NCBI RefSeq assembly: GCF_011386835.1
Contig: NC_088795.1
Span: 37,882,001-37,946,000 of the forward strand
DNA from: Chrysemys picta bellii
Lineage: Eukaryota
DNA length: 64,000 nt
Direction: 5' to 3'
Shown here: positions 38,970-50,100 of the stretch, piece by piece
Position numbering within the stretch: position 1 is the first letter of the stretch
How the letters are laid out: every line of letters starts with the position of its first letter
Notes under the pieces: generated by a model
Databases searched by the model: none
Told to the model about the DNA's origin: nothing
The model's input: the letters and a program-made list of their open reading frames with translations, nothing else
Translations under genes and position numbers: made by a program

Positions 38970-39914
38970 CTGTCAAATAAAGGACCGTTAATAGATAGGC
39001 CATGTATTACATCCATGAAATACTTTACCACCTCTAAAACAACATATCATGCAAAGCCACCTAGCCTTCTTTGCATATGCAAAATTATTTGGACTGTGCC
39101 CTGAAAAAGTGGAAAAAATCAGAAAAACTTTGCCTCTCAGAATTAAACATTCTGTTTTTTCAAAACCATTCCTTATTATTCCATCAAATACAAATAGATT
39201 GGTGCGGTCAAATTTGGCTGTCATGTAACTACATTGATTTCAATAGAGTTTCACTAGAGATTAATATTAAAGTGGTGTTGCACTCTACCGTACTTCTTCT
39301 TTTACAGTTTGACAATTGCCACTTTTTATTTGGTTTACCTCTTCCTGAATGGGCTTGACCTTGCTGTAGACCCCAGGATCATTGCCTGCCCACAGGATTC
39401 TTAGCAAGTTCAAAGAAGTTTAACAGACACAAAATTCGGTCCCCACTTTCATTCAATAGAATAATTAACCTCTTGCAGTGTTTGAATTTAGGCACTAAAG
39501 CTAGGTTCAGATGTGACTACTGAGTGAAAGGTACTGAGGCTCTTTCATCGACCACTAGGGCCCACCTCTATTTCCTTGCATAATTCTAACAAGCCTGATG
39601 GTGAAACCTGTTTAATAGGATGAAGAAATTCACTGCACTCATAGTAACTTTATTTGGGATTTTTCTGTTGATCAGTTTTGGAGTGATTATAAAGCAGACC
39701 CTACTTCTGCACAAATTATTTGGAAATCAAAGAGTAGTGAGTCTAGAGAGCTAGTATCATGACTCTCTTTATTTTGAAAAATGAATTACCCAAAAGAGGA
39801 CTTTAAACATCTTTATATCATGAGTTCAATGCTCACAGAAGGTGCTGGGTTAAAATTATGGAGATGTTGAGCCCACTTCTCATTTACACTAAGGCCTCTT
39901 TAAACTGCCTGAGT

Positions 39915-40098
39915 GAGGACCTGAATGCCTTGACTTAATTTATCGACAGAACAAGTACAGCATGGCTAACAGAAGTTCCCTATATAGCCCAGAGTATTCC
40001 TCAATCCTGACCACCTCTGAAAGTGACAGTCGTCATGCCCATTCAGTCCTTAACCTTTTGGTTCAGACTGCCAACAAGGGAGACAACTGTGATGTGGT
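39915..40098 (-). mobile_element. LF-SINE fragment (3' half)
   Basis: Ordered blocks atttatc.acagaacaagtacagcatgg, cctcaatcctgacc, accacctct, cccattcagtcctt, agactgccaacaaggg and tgtgatgtgg match the reverse complement of the LF-SINE consensus as I recall it. Confidence 0.75.
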
Positions 40099-40351
40099 TC
40101 CATTCAGTGAAGCATGGTTAATTTATACCTGCTGATGATCTGGCCCCATTTGTTTACAGTGGGCATGATGCAACAGATGGACAGAGCCTTTTCCTGCAGA
40201 CAGTATGTTACGGTGCTAGTTTATTTGCTGCTTCTAAATGCAAATGATTAAAACATTCAATGTCTTGATTTGTATTTTAAGCACAACTAATTTCAACAGC
40301 TACAAGCTAAACGGCGACAAGTCTCAAGTTCTGAAAAATCTTTAGGGCTCC

Positions 40352-40366
40352 AGTGACATCTAGTGG
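40352..40366 (-). promoter_or_regulatory. CTCF-like motif CCACTAGATGTCACT
   Basis: Resembles the CTCF core CCASYAGRKGGCRS with one mismatch. Motif match only. Confidence 0.35.
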
Positions 40367-40957
40367 TGAAGGCAATTCTTTGTGTTTTCATTAAATTTGC
40401 ATTGGATTTCATTAAACTGCAAAGGAGAAATCTTCAAAATCCTTTTGCTTTATTGGAAATTAGGTACAATCAGGCACAGGCATAGACACAGACACGTCAG
40501 CTGGTTGTCAGACCCATGTGGGTATATTTAATAGATTGTTTCTGTGGCAAGAAACTCCCCCTCTCCATATGTTTTATGTAAACTTAACAACATAAGGGAA
40601 CAGAAACTGAGCCAACAAATTCACTCATGTACCTCATCCTCGGAACAAGCTAATTCTGCATAGCTCAATCTGCTTATGATAAATACTCTGGGAACAAGCT
40701 GTGACTATTCCTCTTCCCCTTCTGTCCTTTTCCTTCTCCCTTCCCAACTCCAATGAAAAAATAAACTACAATTCATGGAATTAACAGAGCTGTGTTAATT
40801 CTTCACTGTACTCATTGGCTTTATGTTGTATCCACATCCCCTAGATTTCATTTGTGTGTGTCTAGACATTCTAATCCCTTCGGGGCAAGGATTGTGTATT
40901 TTCTGTGCACATAAAGCACTGATCTGTTCCATGTTGTATTTAGCTAAAACACTCTAA

Positions 40958-41388
40958 AGTCTGGTCTACACTACTGACCTATATCAGTAGAACTACGTCA
41001 CTCACACCACTGAGTGACATAGTTATACTGACCTAAACCCACTGTAGAAAGCGCTATACCGGCAGAAGAGCATTTGCTACTCTTTGCTCCATGTTTTGGC
41101 AGTGGGCGGCCTTACCAGGAATGCTTGTATCGATTGTATTGTCAGTGTGGGGCACTGTGAGATAGCTCCTGAAAGCCAGTAACAGTCAACATAACAGTAT
41201 CTACACTGACACTGCATCAACATAATGACATCAACCTTGACTCTACACTACTCGTGGAGGTGGAGTTATTAAGTCAGTGCAGCGGAGCAATTACATCGGC
41301 AGGAGCAAAATTTAAGTGTAAACATTTCCATAGTTAGGTCAATGTAAGCTGCCTTGCGTTGATCTAACTACATAGTGTAGACCAGACC
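40958..41388. mobile_element. Harbinger-type MITE, apparently chimeric
   Basis: TIRs gtctggtctacacta / tagtgtagaccagac with TAA and TTA flanks. Confidence 0.75.
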
Positions 41389-41667
41389 TTAGGAATTACT
41401 AACCTGAAATTAGTCCTTCTGTTACCTCCATCAGCCAGGCCAGGCCGGCCAAGTCACTGCCACTGCTGCATACTCTGACCCTTCTGACAGTAGGGCATAG
41501 AGTACTCAGCAACAGCTTTAAGCAACTTTAAATTTACTATCATTTCCTGCTTAGCACATTCTATTTTTCTAAGGGAACATGTTGCCATGTTCTAGGGAAA
41601 CAGCTCCTTTTCTCTGTATACCATCACTCGTGGACATTTTACAGAAAGTACAATGGCTGGAACATTT

Positions 41668-41671
<4 letters not shown>

Positions 41672-41757
<86 letters not shown>
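41672..41757. repeat. (TG)43 microsatellite
   Basis: Uninterrupted TG run of 86 bp. Confidence 0.98.
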
Positions 41758-41760
<3 letters not shown>

Positions 41761-42404
41761 TACAGCCTGTTTACCCACTGTCCCTCTTGATGAAATTTCC
41801 CTATAGGTTTGTCTTCCTTCCATAATGCGCAGTATTGGGAACAGGGAACTCTGTGTGTGTGTGTGTGATTTCCCTACCCAAAATAAATCACCACCTGAAT
41901 ATCCTGTATTTATTTCTATATCTTATGCCTCTGCCATAAGTATCCATTTACAATATCTAAATTTCCTTCTCTTGGAATCCAAAATTCGAAACACTGTGGT
42001 GCTGCAATATATTGGAAAAACAAGCCCCCATCCTAGGCAGAATACAAGGGCTACAATTTCAGCCCTGAGATTCAGCTGCTCTACTTGAATTGCGCTTTTG
42101 TGCTTTATGACATCCACAGAAGCATTTCACTGAATTGCTGCCTTGTATTCAGTCACAGACAGTGCTCAGTATTACCCTGCATTTTGCATAAGAGCATCTT
42201 TGAACATATCCCCAGTGCAATTCTAAGAAAAGACTGGCTGGAACTGGATAGAGAGCAATGATATTTTCTTTCCAAGGTTCGGAATCCATGCCATTTCATT
42301 TGAAAGTTTTCATGCAAGTAGTCACATTCTCTTGCTAGGTCAAAATCACGCATATTCAGGTATCCAAATTTATACTGCTAATAGCCCAGGCCCCTGAAGC
42401 TTGA

Positions 42405-42741
42405 GGATACATCTGTACTGCAAGGGGAAAAAGAAAAGAAAAAGAAAACAACCTGTGGCTTTGAAACTTAGACCCTAGGTCAAATGCCTTTGGCTTGCAG
42501 GGCTTTCAGTATGGGGCTAAAAATAGCAGTGTAGACATTCCCACTTGGTCTGTAGCTGAGGCGCTCTCCTTTACTGGGATTAAGAGCCAGGGCTCCAGCC
42601 AGAGCTGGAATGTCTACTACTGTTTTTAGTCCCATAGCAAGAGCCCTGCAAGCCCGTCATTTGACCCAGGCTCTGACTCAGTGCCACAGGGTTTGTTTTG
42701 TTCTTTTGTTCTTTTTTTCTTTTTGCAGTGTAGACATATCC
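42405..42741. mobile_element. Harbinger-type MITE with internal inverted repeats
   Basis: Ends ggatacatctgtactgca / tgcagtgtagacatatcc. Internal inverted pair ggcttgcagggct / agccctgcaagcc. Confidence 0.65.
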
Positions 42742-42971
42742 TCATGTTTCAGTGTCCTAGGCTATTAGTAGTATAGTTTTGGGTTGTTTTTTAAGGAAAT
42801 ATTGACCAGAAATACATACAGATTTAATTAAAGTTATAATTCCTCATCCATAGACAAAAAATATGTAACCGCTAAAATATATCTAAGCATTATTAGTATT
42901 AATGAATATTTATGTTCTGATAACACCCCAGGGGCCAAATCTTCCTTTCCACACTATAACTGGAGTGGTAT

Positions 42972-43210
42972 TAATGGGTCACTTCAGCTTGAATGGTCAC
43001 TTAGAATATGTATTAAATACTTATGCTAAACAATCTGTTCCACCTTGTATTTAGTTGTGACACTCTGATTAAGTTTTCTAGACCTGAAGAAGAGCTCTGT
43101 GTAAGGTCAAAAGTTTATCTCTCTCACCAACAGAAGTTGGTCCAATAAAAGATATTACCTCACCCACCTTCTCTCTAATATCCTGGGACATAGCTACGAC
43201 AACACTACAT
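42972..43210. mobile_element. Old Penelope-like fragment
   Basis: Same family as 36250-36470. Confidence 0.7.
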
Positions 43211-43369
43211 ACATAAATATTTGATGACAATGGCTGTGTTGAGACTTTAGTGTATATTCCTGCCCCACACTACACTCCTAAATAGCAATGTTACAAATAA
43301 AACATTGTGTAGACGAAGTTATTGTCTGTTGCAAATCATATTTCATTTCTGAAAAATTAACAAGCTAAC

Positions 43370-43459
43370 CTCTTCAAGGCGGTTTTGAAGGCTATTCAAA
43401 GCCTCAGTGGCATTGTTAAATTGTTTTTCCATGACATTCATCTTAGACTCAAAAAGATT
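43370..43459 (-). CDS. EFCAB14-like gene exon (90 nt, phase 0-0), coiled coil
   Basis: Strong acceptor tttttttccttaactcttgcag| and donor gag|gttagc. Open frame NLFESKMNVMEKQFNNATEALNSLQNRLEE with heptad-like character. Confidence 0.8.
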
Positions 43460-44283
43460 CTGCAAGAGTTAAGGAAAAAAATGTTAAGCAATATTTTAAA
43501 AGTTAAAAGTAAGGAAAAATCCATTGGAGTAAGCATTCCCAATCATACAGAAAGTACTTGTAAAAGGTTATATATCTCTGAGGTACTCTTGTAAGGTGCA
43601 GCTTCTTTATATTGCAAGAAAAGCAACTGTAATAGCATTGGAACAATACTGACATCTAATGGACAACCAAATTAAACTTTTAGAGATACAGTCCAAGTTT
43701 GCCTCTTCATTAAAGATGACATGCTGAATAAAATTGTATGTGTGAAACAAGTGCTCCATTGAAATCAATGGAATTTTTGCCATTGACTTCAGTGGGACCA
43801 AGATTTCGCCCAATATGCAGTGTTTAGATCCAGAGTAGAATTAGGCTAGAGGTCTCAGGTTCAGCTCTGGACTTGAATTACCAAAATCTGTGAGATCTTC
43901 TTGTGAGTTTTTAACAAAAAATGGAGGAAGTCTCATGAGATCAGTCATTCTTTTGAGATTTCAGACACATTCAAGCCAGCATTATACAAGTAGCCCGTTC
44001 AGGTGTTGCATACAACCTGGGTTAGGCTTGAATCAGGGGAGTTGCATTCTGAATTCCACACAATTCAAAGGGATTTTTTATTCAAAGTTCTTATTTTGAC
44101 TCATCCATAACAGTAGCCACCTGGAAAGTCATATTACAATAAACTGTGCAATTGAGACACAATTTTGCAGCAATTCAAGTGACAGATATGATCTTCCAGT
44201 ACAGTTTTCTCTGCATTTTTGGTGGTAAATGAAGTTATAGTATAATTGTTCTCTATTTCAGATGTTCGTTAGTACAATGGGGT

Positions 44284-45000
44284 TGTGATGGGGTGTGCAT
44301 ACCCCTCACCGGGCCAGAAGGGGTTAACCCCACACTATGGGCGGAGAAAGTTCCGCCCCTCAGACCATACTGGGCATGCTCCAAGTGCTATGCTAGTATA
44401 AAAGGGAGCAGCCCTGCTCAGTCAGGGCTGACAGCCAGAGAGGAAGGACCTTTGGTGGAGGCTTCAGCTAAGGAGCCGTCACAGCCCTTGCCTGTGGGAG
44501 CCAGAGATCCTGAGATCCAGACTGGAGATCTGTGGCCAATGGAGTCCCAGGGAATTATCTGTGCTGAGGAGCCCGGAGACCCCGATGCCCCATGGACTCC
44601 AGCTTCAGGAAGTGCAGTAGGAAGTGACCCAGGGAGGGTGAGCGAGTGGTATCTCCCACCCATGTGAGGTCAGCATGTTTCGGTGGGATTCCCCGCTGAC
44701 CCAGTGGAGAACCACCCCACCACTGTTGGAGCCCGGTGGAGTTGGGTGGGCCTGCGACCCCTACCTGGGCCACCATCCCCGTAGTGCCTTATATGTGAGG
44801 GCTGCTATATTGACTCTGGCAACTGGGCTACCCTGCCCTGAACTCAGGGCCTACAGTATTGACTCTGGTCACTAGCCATGCTGCCCTGAACTCAAGGGCC
44901 ACTGTGTTAACTCTGACCCTTGAACCCGATCATGGTGAGGCCCAAGACAGTTTGGTAGACAGTAACCGCGGTGTCAGCACACCCACTGTCCACCCTGACA
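44284..45000 (+). mobile_element. GC-rich LTR-like element (Gypsy or DIRS type)
   Basis: TGTG...GACA termini, gggttaa and tataaaaggg motifs shared with 32436-33140. The start motif gatggggtgtg recurs right after the end. Confidence 0.7.
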
Positions 45001-45021
45001 CAAGATGGGGTGTGTACATGT

Positions 45022-45215
45022 AAAGCTGACAGACCCCAGTCGTCGGTGTGCGGGATTGAACCTGGGGCCTTTAAAACTTAGTGCATGAGCCTCTACCACA
45101 TGAGCTAAAAGCCAACTGACTGTTAGCTAAGGTTGTAGAGCAGACTCATTTTATCTTGCCCTCTAAGTGATTTTGGTGCCATTAGATGGGACAGAACATT
45201 ACACCCAGAAGGTGT
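45022..45215 (-). mobile_element. tRNA-derived SINE-like repeat
   Basis: Minus-strand A box tagctcatgtggtaga and B box ggttcaatccc. Confidence 0.65.
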
Positions 45216-45354
45216 GAGAGTTACCCTGTGGTGGTGTATGTGTATTTACAAAAATTAGAAAAATATGACATCTCAAATAAACCGAAACACCCCCAATTAC
45301 AGTATAATAGCATTAACATATAGATAAATAAATACATATAGCATATAAGATTAG

Positions 45355-45562
45355 ATATTAAGAAAAACTTTCTAACTATAAGGATAGTTAAGCACTGGAA
45401 TATCAAAGGAGGTTGTGGACTCCCTCTCACTGGAGGTTTTTAAGAACAGGGTGGACAAATGCCCATCAGGGATTGTCTAGGTGTTCTTCCTCATGCATCA
45501 GCACAGGGGTTGGACTAGATGACCTCTTCCAGCCCTACATTTCTATAATTCTGAGATTCTAT
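45355..45562 (+). mobile_element. CR1 LINE 3' end
   Basis: agatattaagaaaaactttctaac...ggactagatgacctc, followed by a degenerate ttctat tail. Confidence 0.85.
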
Positions 45563-45960
45563 AATGGCATCCACACAGGGTGAAAACAAAGACAACCTGC
45601 TGGAAAGGCAAGCCTGAGCAAAGGCAAAAGGTATGAGAGTAGGAGAATTTACCATTCCAATCAATATGATCAGATAATAGAACAAATAGAAAACAATGTT
45701 TCCTGAGCATGCTCCATTACCTGGATTAGACTTGGGGGAAAATATCAAGGTTAGAAAAGACAAAGGACCTGATTCTCCTCTCACTCATGTAATTCTATTT
45801 ACTTCAGGGGAGTTATTTCTGAATGCACTGGTGTAAGTGAGATGGGACTCAGGGGTCAAATCCTGATCTCATTGAAGTCAATGGGAATTCCCTGCTGTGT
45901 CTTTTAGTTACAGATTCTTAAATTATCATTGTAACCCTAGGTTAGCAATTGTCAGCTCTC

Positions 45961-46807
45961 TGTACTGGCCTGATACACAATAAGGCAATGACCGCATCGC
46001 TCCTTTAAGCGGGCGGGGGGAATTTGTCTGGGTGGCCGAATGAGGAGAACAGTGCTTTATGGCTGGTGGGAGAGTTTAAAAGGGGAAGCCCATGCGGTGA
46101 AGTCCCCTTTCACACGGAGCAAGCTGAGGTAGCATCCACCCTCCCTCCCCTTTAGGTGGTGAAATACCAGGTTTGGTCTAGACCTGTTGTGGGCATTGTG
46201 CTCGCTACCCCTTTTGGGGGCGGCTGGGAAGGAATTTTTCCCTTACCACCAGATTGGCCTAGGTGGAGTTGGGGTTTATTCACCTTCCCCACAGTGAGTT
46301 CAGGAAGGGCTTTGTTGACATGTGACATGAAGGGAGTTAGGCTGTATGTCATAACTCATTACGTAAGTGTGGGGCAGATTTTCAGTGCGGGTACTCCCCA
46401 GGAAAGCGATACAGTGACCGGATATATGGCTTGGTTAAGGACTTAAAAAGGAGGTGTTTTGTTAAAGGAATGGGACTGGGGGGAGAGATATTTTGGGTTC
46501 CTATGATTGGTATGGCAGGGAACCAACTCCTCTTTCTTATAGCCCACTTAGCCCTCCTCCTTCCAAGGGGGGGGAGGGGGTGTGATGGATGGTAATGTCT
46601 CAGCAATGGATTGGCTGGGGGTCCTGGATGGAAAAAGAGCGGGCGTTGCTAGAAGTGTTCTGAGAAGTTATTGAATGAACATGGGGTTAGTGCACTGTAC
46701 ACTTTTATCTGCCGGGTAGTCCCAGACACCTAATAAGAAAGTTGTGGCCTGATTAAAACCATACCAAATGTCTCCTGTCCTCCTTTCAGTATAGCCAGAC
46801 AATGACA
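45961..46807 (+). mobile_element. Probable solo LTR of about 850 bp
   Basis: Abrupt GC-rich block with TG...CA ends and an LTR-like 3' end (aataagaaagttgtggcctgattaaaacc...gacaatgaca). No TSD found. Confidence 0.55.
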
Positions 46808-46955
46808 GGGTACAATTTACATTTACAAAATCAATAATAATTTTTGCACCGTCAGTGTAGAATTTAAATATCTTCCAAGCTGGAAAAGGGTTTAACATTA
46901 TATTGTAAAAATGTTTGTCAAATTCATCAAGCATGCATTGCAGAACAATACAGAC

Positions 46956-47129
46956 CTGTGAGTTTAGAGAATGCATCAGAGAATCATCTCTTCCCTCCAT
47001 ATTGAGGAACTGGCCTGTGAAATTAAGCATGTGGTTTTGCAGCTGCATTATTCTGCCTTTCATTTCTTGGAACTCCATTGCTGTAGACATATTCAATTTA
47101 TAAACACACTCAAGTAGATAAGAAGTCCC
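46956..47129 (-). CDS. EFCAB14-like gene exon (174 nt, phase 0-0)
   Basis: Strong acceptor cccccttttttgtcacag| and weaker donor cag|gtctgt. Encodes GTSYLLECVYKLNMSTAMEFQEMKGRIMQLQNHMLNFTGQFLNMEGRDDSLMHSLNSQ, resembling recalled EFCAB14 DILYL...VSNLTQRVNLIES. Confidence 0.8.
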
Positions 47130-50100
47130 CTGTGACAAAAAAGGGGGTGAAGGGAAGAAGGAGGTTAAATTAAAGAATGTGGAATTCTATCATTAATTTA
47201 GAAAATCCCTTGAGAAATACAGATGGAGCATTGGATTCACTTCATCTTCTTGGTTGCTAAATATCAGAGAGATTCTGTTCTCAAGCACAAGATGTATTCA
47301 GCATTTGAATCCAACAGCTAAGTATCTCACTTCATATAATCCTGCTTTTGCGGTACAAGAAAATGCTTACGCTATTTTCTCACGTTCTCATGGCAGTTTT
47401 GTACATTAAGGCTCAGTTCTTGGTTCATTGTGTATCACGGTATCTCTTTTTGCTGAATCTTGTATTTTTCTATTTAAAAATTAACAACATTTTCTAAACA
47501 GGAAAATAAATAGGAATACATCTTCATTTCATGCTGAAAATGATAGAATGATTGGAGATGAGTCATTTAAACTAGCATTGCCTCAGGACAATGCCAGTCT
47601 GCAGCAAAATGGCATGGTATGAACTCCAATCACTCTTTAGGGCCCAAAGTTTCATTTCCTCTTGTACCTGCCACTCAAGGGACAGATACAATCACAGCCT
47701 CTGCATATCCCCTGGTGGATGCAAATCACTACAGTATCATGGTCCACTCCCCATCTGTACCAGCCCATTCAAGCTGGACTTTCAATGGAGTGCTGGAGAA
47801 TATGCACTTCCTCTGTATGCTGGGATGTTGAGGGAGGAATTTTGTCTTCTCATGCACAGTCACTCCTGCAGCTCCCTCTCAGATGGTCATTCTCTGCACA
47901 GCCCTATACTCAAGAAAGTGCTGATTCCTTAGTCTGCACTGTGCTGCTCAGTTACTGACAAAGCATAGCACAACTGGAGAGTTCCCTTCCCCCCTTTTAT
48001 AAATATGTTTCAATTATTTTTGTTTATTATTATTATTACTACCTCTACTGTAGTAATGTCTAAGCACCCCGAACAGGTCTTAGAACCCCATTGTACTATC
48101 AGCTGTACACACAAATAACACAAAAATAGATGAATCAAGAGACAAATGGTATGGGTGATGGAGGGCAGTGTAACAGTCAAGATGGGAAGAAAAGGTGCAT
48201 TTGCAAAAATTAGATATTCACTGTACTTAGCAGTCAGTCAAGTATATTAAACTAATGGTATCTTCTGTGGCTTTGGTATTTGTAGAAGTTCACAGCCACC
48301 AACCAGCAGGAATTGGACAGGGGCTAAACTGTGCCCAAGGGAGCACCATAATGGGGGCAAGATGAGAGCTCCTTATGCATTCCCCAAAGATCATCAGGGC
48401 ACAATCTGTTCCAATGAGAAATATTTCATACCCTATGTATGAAATACATACAGCTCAGACTGTTGAGCTGAACTAGGAATATTTAGAGGATCTACCTATA
48501 TGACACTGGTTTGAGTGTACCCCCTGTGGATTTAGTCAAATTAATTCCAGTGGTCAAAACCTTTTCAGAAATATTTTGTTGTATTCCTGATTAAAACAAA
48601 TCTAGCAGTATTCCCTGAAATGTTCACTTCTCAGTTCCATTAGTAATTTCCATCATGCTCTTTTCTGAAGAAGTCATCAGGGAGACTGCTGATAATAACA
48701 GGCTATAAATGGAAAACAGATATCTTAATTCTCAAGAAATTGGACACATTGGCATTCATATCAGATACAAGCAAGAGTGAATACAAAAGTTCCAACATAA
48801 TAAGATGTTTTCAGTAATATCACCATTTACAAGATGTACTTTCATGTCTTCAAGATGAATCAAATAGATTACAAAGAAATGGTTCATTTACTCTAGATGG
48901 ATAGCACTTTCTAGAATAAAATGTCATCGGATAGATTTCATTTTTACACATATGCCACCTTGTAAGTGAAAAACTCCAAGATGGATGAATCCATACTTCT
49001 CTACCTGAAGGTCTTGACAGGTCTTCCAAGATGACAGAAATCTAATGTGTTGTAGCTAGTTTATCGGTACCTTTAACACTCATCACCTCATACAAATGTT
49101 TGAAAAGTATCTCCCTGGCATACAATGTCTCAGCGTTTGTTTGATTTGGGCTTCTTATTAGTGGAGGTGGGCTCAAATGGAATGGTGGAAACAAACACTT
49201 CCAAATCCTGGGAAAGTTTAGACTCAGATCCCAGGCCAGATCCATACTCTGCAACTGATGCCTATATCCAGTTCTTACCATGAAAGGTGTAGTGGTGTTC
49301 CCCTTTAAATCCATCATAAGTAGGTAATCTTACTGGTTGATTCAGTCAGTAGTGCAAAAAGCTCTCCCAAAATTTAAAGCCCCAGGTTGTACCTTTGGCA
49401 GCAAAATATATTTGCACCAGACCTTGCGTATCTACATCTGAATGTGCTACCCTAAAGACAGTAGAGAAGATGGCACCATTTTGGCACTCAGTCCTAAAAG
49501 GTGCTGAGCCTCAATTCAACAAACATTTAACAAGTATTTAACTTTGAGTATGTGAGTTGCTACATTGTCTTTAACTTTAAGAGTGCAGGTGTTCTCATTA
49601 AAGACAAGCTTACACCTTTTTCTGGCCTGGGCCAGAATGCTGAGTGCTTGTAGGATCAAGCCCTAAGTCAATAAGGTTTTAGCATTGTATTTATCATAGT
49701 GTATATGGCAGGTATTGCAATGAGAATTTCCCATTGTCATGGATGAGATCAGCAGGGGTTTTTGGCACTAATGTACTAAATGGGGCATCGCTGTGTAGTA
49801 TGGGCCTCAGAGAAATATCAGTAAGATGGCACATACTAGATATTTTCTTTTGATAAGCAACAAAATTAACTGAAACAATTTATTTCTTTTCAGTATTACA
49901 GTATAACTTTGTAGGTATCCCAAGCTGCCAGTGTGGACCCCATGAAAATGTGGGGGAAAACACTAAAGTGAATGGAAATGTGAATTGAACCAATGAGTTT
50001 GTTAGATGTCTTGGGGGAAAAAAACATCTGTTTTAAAAGAATAGTGAGGATTAGACTCAAACACACAAAAGCAAAGCTCAGTTAAGGCTGCCAATGTCCA

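Noticed and set aside
39060-39099. Strong minus-strand acceptor about 130 nt upstream of the 38969 exon, giving a possible 40-nt exon
   Set aside because: The donor is weak (gtggct), inclusion would shift the frame, and read-through hits a stop.
41569-41823. Poly-TH and poly-CV ORFs
   Set aside because: Translations of the TG microsatellite.
45961-46807. Possible endogenous hepadnavirus or retroviral coding fragment (SHVNKALPELTVGKVNKPQLHLGQSGG, GRRRAK, FYTDG)
   Set aside because: The resemblances are short, their spacing does not fit the core/pol overlap, and no RT or TP motifs follow. The block has LTR-like ends. A TBLASTX against viral proteins would settle it.
46668-47138. 156-aa ORF taken as a single coding unit
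   Set aside because: Only 47129-46956 has splice support. The remainder is chance read-through into intron and LTR.
49042-49317. 91-aa minus-strand ORF
   Set aside because: It runs through a repeat fragment (gggaaagtt...cagatcc, also seen near 33880) and has no recognisable homology.
49346-49348. Selenocysteine reading of the in-frame TGA
   Set aside because: I recognised no selenoprotein similarity or SECIS element, and the frame is incompatible with the flanking exons.
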